DNA of 64,000 nucleotides from Patescibacteria group bacterium (GCA_018819405.1 JAHJQF010000001.1:34097-98096), one strand, 5' to 3'; shown: positions 52,996 through 63,625, counted from the first letter of the stretch. Numbers and translations: made by a program. Notes: a model not told the origin generated them from the letters alone.

Positions 52996-54849
52996 TTGTT
53001 TTCGCTCGGAGAAAGAAGTGGATCTTCTCTTGGGTCTTTATTTTCTTTTTTTAAAAAAACTAAAGAAAAACTAGCTCCATCAGAAAAGGATGATGTAAAC
53101 CAGCAATTGATAACACAGCTAAACAAAAAGAAAATACCCAGCTGGTCACAGCTAAAACAATTACCAAAATTTTTGAACAAACCGGAAAAACTCCAGTTTA
53201 TAATAGCCTTTTTAATACTAATACTATCAAGCTTTACTATAGCTTGGCGATATTACATAAAAAATTCTGTACCAGTACCAGCGCATGGCGGCAGTTATAG
53301 CGAAGGCCTGGTAGGCGCCCCCAGCCTGGTCAATCCAATACTGGCTACTACTGATGCTGACCGTGATTTGGTAAAATTACTTTTTGCCGGACTAATGAAA
53401 TATGATGAAAATGGCGAATTGATCCCTGACCTAGCTAGTGGATATACTATTGATGCCGAACAAACTACTTATATCTTTGAATTAAAAGAAGGCCTCAAAT
53501 GGCATGACGGAGATCCTGTCACAGTCGATGACATACTCTTTACAATAAATAGTATAAAAAATCCCGAATACAAAAGTCCTTTTAGGAGTAGTTTTATCGG
53601 CGTACAAATACAAGCCATAAATGACCGCACTGTTCAATTTAAATTGGAAAAACCTTTTTCTCCATTCCTTTCAATTTTGACAATTGGCATTATACCAGAA
53701 CACTTATGGTATTCTATCCCCGCTTTTGGAGCAAATCTGGCTGACTTAAATATAAGACCAGTCGGCGCTGGTCCTTATATGTTTAAAACATTGACCAGAG
53801 ATTCCAGTGGCAACATTAGAAGCTATACCCTAAAATCATACGAAGACTATCACTTGAGTAAAGCTTATATAAATGAAATAAATTTTAAATTTTATCCAGA
53901 CTTTTTTACCGGAGTTACTGCTTTACAAAATAAAAATATTGACGGCTTAAATTATTTGCCCAAAGAATACAAAAATGAGATAAAATCCGGCCGAATAGTA
54001 TTTCACGATTTCCAATTTCCACAGTACACTGCTGTGTTTTTCAACCCCCAAAAAAATGAGCTATTATCAAACAATGATTTTAGACACGCTTTGGCTCTGG
54101 GCGTAGACAAACAAAGAATATTGGAAGAAGTCTTGTCTGGTGATGGCCAGCTCATAAATTCTCCTATACTACCAGGCCAAATTGGCTATGATAGTGAGCT
54201 ACAAACCGAAATCTTCAATATCGATAAAGCCAAAGAAATATTGGATGAGCTAGGCTGGGTAATGCCAGAAAGTGGTCAGTTTAGAATAAAAAAAGATAAA
54301 GATGATGAAGAAGCCGCAGTAAAAGAGCTAAGTATTCAGCTAACTACTATCGATCAATCAGACAATGTCAAAATATTGTCTATCATCCAAGAAAATTGGC
54401 AATCTATTGGGGTCAAAACCGAATTAAATATAGTCCCCAAAGATAAAATAAAAAAAGATATTATTGATTCACGTAATTATCAGGCTCTACTATTCGGAGA
54501 AATTATAAACATAAATTCTGGTCCTTATCCTTTTTGGCATTCATCCCAAAATCAAAATCCTGGCTTGAATCTAAGTGTCTTAGCCAATAAAGATGTTGAT
54601 GACTATTTGGATGTTATCAAAAATTCCAAAACCAATGAAGAAAAGTTGGAGCCACTTAAAAAATTTCAAGAAAAACTTTTGGAACTAAATTTTGCTATAT
54701 TTTTATACAACCCTACTTATACTTATCCGACAACCAACAAGCTAAGAGGACCCGAAAGCGTCCACTTTATAAACTTGCCGGCTGATCGTTTTAACAACAT
54801 TAACTCTTGGTACGTAAAAACTAAACGCGTACTAAATTCTAATAATTAA
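52996..54849 (+). CDS. ABC transporter substrate-binding protein, family 5 (oligopeptide/dipeptide type), membrane-anchored
   Basis: SBP_bac_5-like; LKWHDGDPVTVDD motif; N-terminal anchor. Confidence 0.75.
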   Translation: MFSLGERSGSSLGSLFSFFKKTKEKLAPSEKDDVNQQLITQLNKKKIPSWSQLKQLPKFLNKPEKLQFIIAFLILILSSFTIAWRYYIKNSVPVPAHGGSYSEGLVGAPSLVNPILATTDADRDLVKLLFAGLMKYDENGELIPDLASGYTIDAEQTTYIFELKEGLKWHDGDPVTVDDILFTINSIKNPEYKSPFRSSFIGVQIQAINDRTVQFKLEKPFSPFLSILTIGIIPEHLWYSIPAFGANLADLNIRPVGAGPYMFKTLTRDSSGNIRSYTLKSYEDYHLSKAYINEINFKFYPDFFTGVTALQNKNIDGLNYLPKEYKNEIKSGRIVFHDFQFPQYTAVFFNPQKNELLSNNDFRHALALGVDKQRILEEVLSGDGQLINSPILPGQIGYDSELQTEIFNIDKAKEILDELGWVMPESGQFRIKKDKDDEEAAVKELSIQLTTIDQSDNVKILSIIQENWQSIGVKTELNIVPKDKIKKDIIDSRNYQALLFGEIININSGPYPFWHSSQNQNPGLNLSVLANKDVDDYLDVIKNSKTNEEKLEPLKKFQEKLLELNFAIFLYNPTYTYPTTNKLRGPESVHFINLPADRFNNINSWYVKTKRVLNSNN

Positions 54850-54873
54850 TTAACAAATTAACAAAAAACTGTT

Positions 54874-56796
54874 ATGAAAGAAATGAAAGATTCAACTGAT
54901 AGCCTACTGTCAGATAGTTCTGCCAATAGAAAAAAATCTAATCGCAGAAATACTGCTAGAAAAAATTATCAGAACAGAAACAAGAAAACAACCACAAAAA
55001 ACAATTCAAAGTTGGTTGCCAACCCGAGCGCATCGGGAACCCATACACCAGGAAAGAATACTGCCCAAAAAAGCAGCCACAAAAAATATCACCCAAAGAC
55101 CCAAAAAGCTAGCCCAATGCATTCTGTTGGCAACAAGCTAAGGATAATACCTATTGGCGGTTGTGAAGAAGTCGGACGAAACATGACTGTCTTTGAATAT
55201 GGCAGCGACATTGTAATAGTTGATATGGGATTGCAATGGCCTGAAGAAGATATGCCAGGTATTGATTATATTATCCCTAATGTAGAATATCTAAAAGGCA
55301 AAGAAAAAAATATCCGCGCAGTCATTATTACTCATGGTCACTATGACCACATTGGAGCTATACCTCATTTGATACCCAAATTGGGCAACCCAACTATCTA
55401 TGCCACTCCTCTAACTCTAGGCATAATTGCCAAAAGACAGGAAGACTATAGGGGCAATCCACCGCTCAAGTTAAAATCTATTGATACTAACAGCAAACTG
55501 GTTTTGGGAAAATTCAAAGCTTCATTTTTTGGAGTCAGTCACAACATCCCAGGGTCAGTAGGTGTAGTTTTGGAAACTCCAATTGGCAAGGTGCTACACA
55601 CCGGAGATTTTAAAATTGATGCCAAGGCATCAGGAGATGCTCCGACTGAAATCGCCAAAATAAAAGCTTTGGGACGTCAAAATGTCCTAGCCCTAATGGC
55701 AGACTCAACTAATGCCCCAGAAGTTGGCCGTCAGCTGACTGAAGGAGATATCCAGACAAACATTGATGAGATACTAAAACAAGCCAAAGGACGTATCATA
55801 GTTGGTACCTTTGCCTCACTTCTCGGACGTATCCAACAAATCCTCTGGGCTGCAGAAAAAATAAATAAAAAAGTAGTCATAGAAGGATTTTCTATGAAAA
55901 GAAACGTAGAGCTGGCCCAACAACTGGGCTATATGAAAGTCAAAAAAGGCACCATCATCCAACTCAAGGACATGAAAGACTATCCGGATAATAACATTAT
56001 TATTATGTGTACTGGCGCTCAGGGTGAAGACAATGCTGTGCTTATGCGTATTGCTACCGGTGAGCACAAAAAACTCCATGTAGAACAAGGTGACACTATT
56101 GTCTTTTCATCGTCTGTTATACCTGGCAACGAAAGGTCTGTCCAAAGATTAAAAGATAGTCTATACAGAAAAGGAGCCGAGGTCATCCACTATAAAATGA
56201 TGGATGTCCATGCCGGTGGTCATGCCAAACAAGAAGATTTGTTTGATATGATAAAGATGGTCCAACCAATGTACCATATCCCTGTCTATGGAAATCACTC
56301 TTTCTTAAAAATCCATGCTAAGATTGCCCAGAGAGCCGGCATTCCTCTAAATAGAATATTTGTACCCGACAATGGGCAAGTCATAGAATTTGACAGCCAA
56401 AGAAATGGTAAGCTACTCAAAGAAAAAGTACCGTCTGAATATGTGTTTGTAGACGGTCTGGGAGTTGGTGATGTATCACACATTGTACTACGCGACCGTC
56501 AAATGATGGCAGCCGATGGTATGGTAGTAGTGATTGCCACAGTTTCAAGCAAAACTGGCAAGCTAGTTCACTCGCCTGATATAATATCGCGTGGTTTTAT
56601 CTATATGAGGGAAAACAAAGAAATGATAGAGGCCATCCGAACTAAAATAAAAAACATCATAAATGAACACAACAAAACCAACGGCAAGATAAATGATGTC
56701 TACGTCAAAGAAGCTCTGAGAAACGAGTTGGGACAATTTATTTTTCAAAAGACAAAACGTCGTCCGATGGTCTTACCAGTTATCATAGAAGTCTAA
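54874..56796 (+). CDS. rnj: Ribonuclease J (metallo-beta-lactamase/beta-CASP) with a low-complexity basic N-terminal extension
   Basis: IIPIGGCEEVGRNMTVFEY...VDMG, ITHGHYDHIGA (HxHxDH); beta-CASP and C-terminal domains. Confidence 0.92.
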   Translation: MKEMKDSTDSLLSDSSANRKKSNRRNTARKNYQNRNKKTTTKNNSKLVANPSASGTHTPGKNTAQKSSHKKYHPKTQKASPMHSVGNKLRIIPIGGCEEVGRNMTVFEYGSDIVIVDMGLQWPEEDMPGIDYIIPNVEYLKGKEKNIRAVIITHGHYDHIGAIPHLIPKLGNPTIYATPLTLGIIAKRQEDYRGNPPLKLKSIDTNSKLVLGKFKASFFGVSHNIPGSVGVVLETPIGKVLHTGDFKIDAKASGDAPTEIAKIKALGRQNVLALMADSTNAPEVGRQLTEGDIQTNIDEILKQAKGRIIVGTFASLLGRIQQILWAAEKINKKVVIEGFSMKRNVELAQQLGYMKVKKGTIIQLKDMKDYPDNNIIIMCTGAQGEDNAVLMRIATGEHKKLHVEQGDTIVFSSSVIPGNERSVQRLKDSLYRKGAEVIHYKMMDVHAGGHAKQEDLFDMIKMVQPMYHIPVYGNHSFLKIHAKIAQRAGIPLNRIFVPDNGQVIEFDSQRNGKLLKEKVPSEYVFVDGLGVGDVSHIVLRDRQMMAADGMVVVIATVSSKTGKLVHSPDIISRGFIYMRENKEMIEAIRTKIKNIINEHNKTNGKINDVYVKEALRNELGQFIFQKTKRRPMVLPVIIEV

Positions 56797-56811
56797 ACAA
56801 ATTTAAACTTA

Positions 56812-56852
56812 AAAACACCCGTCGGGTTGGAGACCGGACGGGTGTTTTATTA
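56812..56852 (+). terminator. Rho-independent terminator after rnj
   Basis: ACACCCGTCGG-gttggaga-CCGGACGGGTGT followed by TTTTATTATT. Confidence 0.7.
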
Positions 56853-56950
56853 TTATAATTGACAAAAAAAATATAATAAGCTATATTAGCCTGTTTTGAG
56901 ATTGGATAAGTCGTAGACCTGTCAGACCATCCCTAAACTGGAGGAATACA

Positions 56951-57541
56951 ATGAAGTTCTTGATTCTCACTACCCTGATCTTTCTGTCCATTTCCATGCC
57001 TACCCTGGCTGGAGACTCGGTCGGCATCGAGATGCACGCGGATTCGCCAGTCATCATCTTCGCCGACAAGTATGTCAGTGACCACTCCATGATCCACCTC
57101 TGGGCCGTGCCTGGCGTCCAGACCAACTTGCTCTTCCGTATGGGGTCAAACCCCTACAAGATCCTCAAGAAATGTGAATTTGGCCTGGGACCGAGCTTTG
57201 CTATCGTCGATGACCACGAAGTCTGGGCTTACTATGACCTAGAACTGGACACTAAAATCCAACTGGGTCAACTCACTTGGATAGGCTATCGACTTGGACA
57301 ACTTGCCCGCTACAACAGCCTGCAAGACAATTCGCTCCTGCGTGAGCAACTCTTCTGGGGAGATTTTCCTCTGGGAGTGATTGGCAACAACCTGTTCGCC
57401 GATAGTGCCAAACCCCGTTGGTTTTGGGGCGCGGTCTATAGTTTGGGCCGGACAGCATACTTCGGCACCAACAAGATCTTTATCACGGTCAACCTGGCCA
57501 ATACTAACGAAGTTTGGGCCGCCTGGCTTCTCGAAATCTAG
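56951..57541 (+). CDS. GC-rich secreted hypothetical protein (signal peptide), probably acquired
   Basis: RBS GGAGG 6 nt upstream; signal peptide MKFLILTTLIFLSISMPTLA; codon usage and GC unlike neighbours; no recognisable motif. Confidence 0.5.
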   Translation: MKFLILTTLIFLSISMPTLAGDSVGIEMHADSPVIIFADKYVSDHSMIHLWAVPGVQTNLLFRMGSNPYKILKKCEFGLGPSFAIVDDHEVWAYYDLELDTKIQLGQLTWIGYRLGQLARYNSLQDNSLLREQLFWGDFPLGVIGNNLFADSAKPRWFWGAVYSLGRTAYFGTNKIFITVNLANTNEVWAAWLLEI

Positions 57542-57556
57542 ACGGCAACCAGACAT

Positions 57557-57596
57557 CACGGCTCGGTGACGCAAGTCACCGAGCCGCTTATTTTTA
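57557..57596 (+). terminator. GC-rich perfect-hairpin terminator
   Basis: CGGCTCGGTGAC-gcaa-GTCACCGAGCCG followed by TTATTTTTA. Confidence 0.75.
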
Positions 57597-57711
57597 TCCA
57601 AAAACTATATTTGCCTTTAGGCTATATTTAAGATAAAATATAATTAATAGCGTAAAAATCTCATATTAATAAAAACTAGCCGCTGAAACATATTCAGCCT
57701 GACAAACAATT

Positions 57712-58665
57712 ATGAAAACATTATTTTCCGGCATCCAGCCAACTGGCAATCTGCACTTGGGCAATTATCTAGGAGCTATCAAAAATTGGGTAGAGTTACA
57801 AAAAAAATATAACTGTATTTTTTCAATTGTTGACTTGCATGCTTTGAGTTCCAATATCACAGCCCAAGAAATACGAAAAAACATTTTTGATTTGGCAGTA
57901 GATCTAATTGCTCTGGGCATTGACCCAAAAAAATCAATTTTATTTCAGCAGTCCAAAGTAGCTGAGCACACTGAACTGGCTTGGATATTTAATTGTATTA
58001 CGCCTGTATCTGAACTGGAAAGAATGACTCAATTCAAAGACAAAGCCAAAGAGCAGTCTAGTAATATTAATGCCGGGTTATTTGATTATCCAGTCTTACA
58101 AGCAGCTGATATATTACTTTACAAAGCCGAGGCTGTCCCGGTTGGCGAAGACCAGATACAGCATGTAGAATTGACACGCATCATTGCCAAAAAATTTAAT
58201 AACCGCTTTGGCCAATATTTCCCCGAAGCCCAGGCAGTCCTTTCTCCCGCCAAAAGAGTTATGTCTTTAAATAATCCTGACAAAAAAATGAGCAAATCTC
58301 TAGGCGAAGCCAGTTATATTGCTATCAGAGATAGCCGAGACACAATAAGCAAAAAAATAAAAAAAGCAGTTAGCGACGAACAGGGCACAAAAAATCTACT
58401 AGAACTATATAGCTACTTTGGCGACAAGAAAAAACATACCCAAATGACCAAAGACTTTTCTGCTAGAAAACTTATGAACTCTCAGCTAAAAGATGAACTG
58501 ACAATATCTGTCCTAAAATTCCTAGAGCCTATTCAGAAAAAAATATTAATATTAGAAAAAAATCCAGCCAAGGTAAACAAAATACTAGATGATGGAGCAA
58601 AGAGGGCTCAAAAAATCGCCAGCAAAAATATGTCGACCATCAGAAAATTAATTGGTATTAGATAA
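57712..58665 (+). CDS. trpS: Tryptophanyl-tRNA synthetase (native, AT-rich copy)
   Basis: SGIQPTGNLHLGNYLGAI (HIGH), KMSKSLGE (KMSKS); 317 aa. Confidence 0.95.
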   Translation: MKTLFSGIQPTGNLHLGNYLGAIKNWVELQKKYNCIFSIVDLHALSSNITAQEIRKNIFDLAVDLIALGIDPKKSILFQQSKVAEHTELAWIFNCITPVSELERMTQFKDKAKEQSSNINAGLFDYPVLQAADILLYKAEAVPVGEDQIQHVELTRIIAKKFNNRFGQYFPEAQAVLSPAKRVMSLNNPDKKMSKSLGEASYIAIRDSRDTISKKIKKAVSDEQGTKNLLELYSYFGDKKKHTQMTKDFSARKLMNSQLKDELTISVLKFLEPIQKKILILEKNPAKVNKILDDGAKRAQKIASKNMSTIRKLIGIR

Positions 58666-58671
58666 TATAAA

Positions 58672-58713
58672 AATGACCTTCGAGGTTGGTTCAACCTCGA
58701 AGGTCATTTTTTA
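58672..58713 (+). terminator. Rho-independent terminator after native trpS
   Basis: TGACCTTCGAGGTTG-gt-TCAACCTCGAAGGTCA followed by TTTTTT. Confidence 0.8.
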
Positions 58714-58714
58714 T

Positions 58715-58756
58715 ACAAAAAGAAAGCCCCGGGTGTCAAATGTTTGACACACGGGG
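58715..58756 (-). terminator. Terminator for the convergent GC-rich gene
   Basis: CCCCGGGTGTCAAA-tg-TTTGACACACGGGG (one mismatch) with a U-rich tract on the minus strand. Confidence 0.55.
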
Positions 58757-58809
58757 CGAGTTGCACACTTCTACTTCAGCTCAAGGGAAAGAGATGAAAG
58801 TTGAAAGTG

Positions 58810-59499
58810 TTAGGAAATTACCTGGCGGGCGCGCACAATGCCACCGGCACCGTTAGGACTGAACCAGTCGATGATGTGGAGCCTGCCGCCGTCAGCATCC
58901 CACCTGACGCCCAGCACGCCGCCATCGCGGTCGTACGAACCAGCGCACATGGTGATGTTGCTGACATCCAGATGCTGACCAGTTTCCGACCAGTACTTGA
59001 GCTCGAGCACCAGACGCTCAAGCAGGGTAATGGCGTTGACGCCCTGCTGTTTCAGCTGGTTAGCCGAAAGGCTCTTGAGTTCCTCGTCGGCCTCCACCCG
59101 CTCGCGCAGACGAATCGCGTAGCTCTTATCCGACTGGCGGATGTTCTCGACGATGTCCTTGTCCAGGTTGTCCTCGTGGCTCCAGGCCGGGAACTGCTTG
59201 CGGATGGCCTCGAGCACATCGTTGAGCTTCAATCCCTTGGGGATGAAAATGACGCGGTCAAAGTCGCCGGGATTGAGAGCGATAGTGACTCCGTAGAAGT
59301 CCACCACGAGCCGGAAGTACTTGCGGTAGAACTCTTCCCACTCGCCACCGATATCGGTGATGGCGAAAGGATCCTGACGCTGAAGGAAAAGCTCCAGCTC
59401 ACGCACGGTTATAACACCATGCCGTAGTTTGTGCATCAGGTCTGCCAGCAAACCAAGCACCTTGCCCGGTAAGCTACCGATCACTTGCTTCTTGCTCAT
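58810..59499 (-). CDS. GC-rich hypothetical protein (229 aa), probably acquired
   Basis: By eye about 55% GC against an AT-rich background; no recognised motif. Confidence 0.45.
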   Translation of the reverse strand: MSKKQVIGSLPGKVLGLLADLMHKLRHGVITVRELELFLQRQDPFAITDIGGEWEEFYRKYFRLVVDFYGVTIALNPGDFDRVIFIPKGLKLNDVLEAIRKQFPAWSHEDNLDKDIVENIRQSDKSYAIRLRERVEADEELKSLSANQLKQQGVNAITLLERLVLELKYWSETGQHLDVSNITMCAGSYDRDGGVLGVRWDADGGRLHIIDWFSPNGAGGIVRARQVIS

Positions 59500-59661
59500 G
59501 ATCAGCTTCCTTTCATTGATGTTTTAGGTACTTACCCCGGCCTATTCCGAAGTAATAAATAATATTGCTACAGATTACAAATTTTGTCAATAATAAATAT
59601 ATACCAATATCAATTGGTTACTTAATATTAAATAAAGTTAAAGAGGGGTATTTTTTGTTAT

Positions 59662-59690
59662 CTAAAAACCTCCCCTGTTAAGGGGAGGTG
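59662..59690 (-). terminator. Rho-independent terminator downstream of ldh
   Basis: CCTCCCC-tgttaa-GGGGAGG with UUUUU on the minus strand. Confidence 0.7.
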
Positions 59691-59707
59691 CCCAAAGGGC
59701 GGAGGGG

Positions 59708-60628
59708 TTAATTTACAGACTTAATGGCTTTTTTTAGCACTTTGGCTGATTTGATAAAACTAGCTTTTTCCTCTTTGGAAAGGTCTAGGGGCAACTGACC
59801 CATCACACCATGCCGGCCCAATATCACTGGTGTACTCAAACAAACATCTTTTACACCATAAACATTTTCTATCAAGTGAGACACGGGTAAGACCATACGC
59901 TTGTCATGTAAAATTGACATGATTATATTAGCGGCAGCCGAACCAATCCCGTAATAGGTAGATTGCTTACCGGCAATAATAGCATAAGCGGCATTTTTGG
60001 CTTTGGTAAATATATCCTCCTTGTCTTTTGTGCTAAGACGCTTATAAGTATCAAGGCTGATATTGCCAAGTCTGGCACTACTCCAAACTGGGAATTCACT
60101 ATCACCATGCTCTCCCATGATATAAGCATGAATACTCTGAGTACTTATATTGAGTTTGTCACTTAAAAGATGCCTAAATCTAGCTGTATCAAGAGTAGTA
60201 CCACTACCAATTATTTGATTTTTCTTGTTGGGAAACATTTTTATAGCCATATATGTCAAAACATCTACGGGATTGGTAATCATAAGTATCACGGCCTTTG
60301 GATTGGCCTTAAAAACCTGAGGAACTATGTCTCTTATTATTTTGGTATTTTTGCTAATCAAATCCAGACGAGTTTCACCTGGTTTTTGAGCAGCTCCACA
60401 GGTAATCACAACCACACCACTATCTTTGCAGTCACTATAGGTACCCACTTTGATATTTGTATTTCTAGTAAAAGGAGCGGCGTGCTGCAAATCCATTACC
60501 TGAGCTTTGGCCAATTTTTTGTTGACATCAACCAAAGCAATCTCCTCGGCAATATCTTGGACCACCAGACTATAAGCCGTAGTAGAGCCTACCATACCGG
60601 CTCCTATAATTGTCACTTTATTTTTCAT
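59708..60628 (-). CDS. ldh: L-lactate dehydrogenase (LDH/MDH family)
   Basis: KVTIIGAGMVGST (NAD binding), ITNPVDV, GEHGDSEFPVWS. Confidence 0.88.
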   Translation of the reverse strand: MKNKVTIIGAGMVGSTTAYSLVVQDIAEEIALVDVNKKLAKAQVMDLQHAAPFTRNTNIKVGTYSDCKDSGVVVITCGAAQKPGETRLDLISKNTKIIRDIVPQVFKANPKAVILMITNPVDVLTYMAIKMFPNKKNQIIGSGTTLDTARFRHLLSDKLNISTQSIHAYIMGEHGDSEFPVWSSARLGNISLDTYKRLSTKDKEDIFTKAKNAAYAIIAGKQSTYYGIGSAAANIIMSILHDKRMVLPVSHLIENVYGVKDVCLSTPVILGRHGVMGQLPLDLSKEEKASFIKSAKVLKKAIKSVN

Positions 60629-60646
60629 ATATTTTTATTTTAGCTT

Positions 60647-61450
60647 TTAATTTAATTTTATTGTCTGTGATTCTATCTTGCGACCCAAAAATTTTTCAGC
60701 GGCCTTATTAAATTTTTCACTACTATTGGTAGTCAAAAATATTCTTTTTGGATCTTTGCTTGTCTTGGCATATTGACTGTGCCGTTTGAGATACTCAGCC
60801 AGCTTGTCAGCGACTACCTGACCGCTGTCCAATATTTTTACTTCCAATCCAAAATTGCGGGCAATAATGTCGTGTAAAAATCCATAATGTGTACAGCCCA
60901 AAACTACTATATCTGGATTTTCTTTTTTCAGGGGTCTGACATATTCAGTTACAGCCATTTTGGTTTCAGGCTGATCTTCACGCGACTCCTCTATCAACGG
61001 CACAAGCAAGGGGCAAGCTTGTTGAAATACTTTTATATTTGGATCAAGATTAGCAAATTCATGCACATAAGCCTTTGATTCTATGGTGCTGGTGGTACCC
61101 ATGACCGCTACTTTACGATTTTTACTTAGCTCGCCGACAGCTTCTGCCAGTGGCCTGATAACTCCCAAGACATTTTTGTCAGGATATTTTTGAGGCAAAT
61201 ATTCCTGTTGGATGCGGCGCAGCGCCATAGCAGAAGCAGTATTGCAAGCAAAAATAATAAGGCTGCAACCTTGTGAAAATAAATAATCTATGGCTTCTTT
61301 GGCGTATTTAAAAATCACAGCCTGGCTTTTATCTCCATAAGGAGCCCTAGCATTATCACCCAAATATATATAATCGTACTGAGGCAATTTTTTTTCAATA
61401 TCTTTAAATATTGTCAGGCCTCCGTAGCCAGAATCAAATACTCCAATCAT
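60647..61450 (-). CDS. murI: Glutamate racemase
   Basis: IGVFDSGYGGLT and the two catalytic Cys regions (FACNTAS, VLGCTHY). Confidence 0.92.
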   Translation of the reverse strand: MIGVFDSGYGGLTIFKDIEKKLPQYDYIYLGDNARAPYGDKSQAVIFKYAKEAIDYLFSQGCSLIIFACNTASAMALRRIQQEYLPQKYPDKNVLGVIRPLAEAVGELSKNRKVAVMGTTSTIESKAYVHEFANLDPNIKVFQQACPLLVPLIEESREDQPETKMAVTEYVRPLKKENPDIVVLGCTHYGFLHDIIARNFGLEVKILDSGQVVADKLAEYLKRHSQYAKTSKDPKRIFLTTNSSEKFNKAAEKFLGRKIESQTIKLN

Positions 61451-61453
61451 TTA

Positions 61454-62203
61454 TTATTTTTTATTGGCCATTCCTTCAAAAGCCCTTAACACTTCCAACG
61501 GTAGAGCAAATACCACGGTGTTTGATTGATCTGATGACAAATCATTGATAGATTGCAAAGTCCTCAGATGTAAAGCGCCTTGTGCGCCAGCTAGAGTTTT
61601 GGCTGCCTTAGCCATATTTTCAGCAGCAATCACCTCTCCCTCAGCTTTGATAATTACCGCTCGTTTTTCACGCTCAGCTTCGGCCTGCTTAGCAATTGTC
61701 CTCTGCATGTCCTTTGGTAATTCAATGTGTTTGAGATCAACAGAAACTATTTTGATTCCCCAAGGATCGGTAGCGGCATCAACAATCTGTTGAATACGAT
61801 TAGAGATTTGATCACGTTTGCCAAGCAACTCATCAAGGGATACTTCGCCGACTACATCACGCATAGTTGTTTGAGCCAATTGGCTGGTGGCATAGAAAAA
61901 ATCTTCTACTTCCAAAAAAGCTTTTTCAACAGCAATTACTTTATAGTACAAAACTGCATTCACATTGACCGTGACATTATCTTTGGTAATGGCATCCTGA
62001 TCAGGTACATCAACTGCTTTTACCCTAATATCTACTTTATGCATGCTTTGAAAAATCGGCCAGACAATACGCCACCCAGGCTCAACAGTACATAAGTATC
62101 GACCTAAAATAAATTTTATTCCTCTTTCATACTGATTGACTTGCCTGATAGAAATCAATACCAAAAATATGGCAAAGACAATCAAAAAAATTAAAAATGG
62201 CAT
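61454..62203 (-). CDS. SPFH/band-7 (stomatin/prohibitin-like) membrane protein
   Basis: N-terminal TM followed by an SPFH domain and a coiled-coil AEAEREKRAVII region. Confidence 0.8.
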   Translation of the reverse strand: MPFLIFLIVFAIFLVLISIRQVNQYERGIKFILGRYLCTVEPGWRIVWPIFQSMHKVDIRVKAVDVPDQDAITKDNVTVNVNAVLYYKVIAVEKAFLEVEDFFYATSQLAQTTMRDVVGEVSLDELLGKRDQISNRIQQIVDAATDPWGIKIVSVDLKHIELPKDMQRTIAKQAEAEREKRAVIIKAEGEVIAAENMAKAAKTLAGAQGALHLRTLQSINDLSSDQSNTVVFALPLEVLRAFEGMANKK

Positions 62204-62221
62204 AATATTTTATGTTAATTA

Positions 62222-63625
62222 TTATTGTTTTCTTTCTGAAAAATCTATCAAGCTCTCTAACTCTTTTACTTTTTCAGCCAAGATATCTGGAGAGTCTGCC
62301 TCTACTGTCAGACGAAGAAGTGGTTCGGTATTGGAAGGACGGACATTGAACCACCAATCTTTGAATTCTACGGTAATTCCATCAATTTCATCTATAATGT
62401 TTTCTTTATAGGTGTTTCTAAATTTTTCCAACTCTATTTCAATATTGTTTACCACAAAATTGAGCTCATTACTCTTGTAATATAGGTTATAATCTTTCAT
62501 TATTTCTGATATCAAGCGCCCGTCTTGTGATATTGCCTGCAAAATGAGTACCATAGCAATAAAAGCATTATCAGCATAATAATTGTCTCTAAATGCAAAG
62601 TGGGCTGACACCTCGCCACTCATAATACCCTGCTCTTCTCGCATATGGCGAGCCAGATTCAAATAACCCACCTCACTTCTGATTGGCCTACCGCCCCATT
62701 TACTTATCAAATCTTTAACCGAATGAGTGCTAATAAGATTGTAAACAATACCAGCCCCCGGATTGTTTTCCAACATCGGTTTTATCATTGGGATAAGTGT
62801 CATATCACCTTTATAAAGTTTACCTTTCTCATCCAGGAGATTGACCCTATCGCCATCTACATCACAAATAAAACCAAAGTCTGCTCCGATTTCTTTTATC
62901 TTGGCGGCCAACTTATCTGGTGCTCCAGCAGTCAGTGGATTTGGCGCTCGGTTGGGGAAATTTCCATCCGGTTCTTTGAACATCAAAGTAAGCTCACCAG
63001 GCAACTGTTTAAAAATCTCCTCTACCATTTGCCCATTCATGCCATTACCTACATCAACTACCACCTTAAGCGGCTTGATTTTTTTGACATCTACAAAAGA
63101 CATAACATGTGCCAAATGATCGGCCAAAATATCTTTTTTGCCAATTTTTCCTGGCACCTTTTCATCAGCCAACGGGAAATCCAACTCCTGCATATACTGT
63201 AGTATTTCTTTACCCGAAAGAAAATCAATACTATCTGCATATTCAATATTAGCATAAGCCAATTTGCAACCGCCATATTCTGGCGGATTGTGAGAAGCGG
63301 TGGCAAAAAAACCACCGTCGTATTTGTACCTGCCGACAGCAAAATAATAATCATTGATAGACTGCATACCAATATTATCTATAGTCACTCCATACTCCAA
63401 AAATATTTTTACTGCTTCATCAAACAATGCTTGAGATGATTTTCTGCAGTCATAACAAACCACCATCTTCAAATCTTTTATGGGCTTGCCCAATTTATCT
63501 GACAAAAATTTAATATAAGCCTGGGCAATCAAATTGATAGCCTGTTCATTCATCTGCGAAGGATAAATACCACGGAAATCGTATGACTTGAAAATACTAG
63601 TATCAATGTTTTCTAGATAAGACAT
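62222..63625 (-). CDS. Phosphoglucomutase/phosphomannomutase (alpha-D-phosphohexomutase)
   Basis: Active-site TASHNPPEYGG; Mg site DVDGDR; 467 aa. Confidence 0.9.
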   Translation of the reverse strand: MSYLENIDTSIFKSYDFRGIYPSQMNEQAINLIAQAYIKFLSDKLGKPIKDLKMVVCYDCRKSSQALFDEAVKIFLEYGVTIDNIGMQSINDYYFAVGRYKYDGGFFATASHNPPEYGGCKLAYANIEYADSIDFLSGKEILQYMQELDFPLADEKVPGKIGKKDILADHLAHVMSFVDVKKIKPLKVVVDVGNGMNGQMVEEIFKQLPGELTLMFKEPDGNFPNRAPNPLTAGAPDKLAAKIKEIGADFGFICDVDGDRVNLLDEKGKLYKGDMTLIPMIKPMLENNPGAGIVYNLISTHSVKDLISKWGGRPIRSEVGYLNLARHMREEQGIMSGEVSAHFAFRDNYYADNAFIAMVLILQAISQDGRLISEIMKDYNLYYKSNELNFVVNNIEIELEKFRNTYKENIIDEIDGITVEFKDWWFNVRPSNTEPLLRLTVEADSPDILAEKVKELESLIDFSERKQ

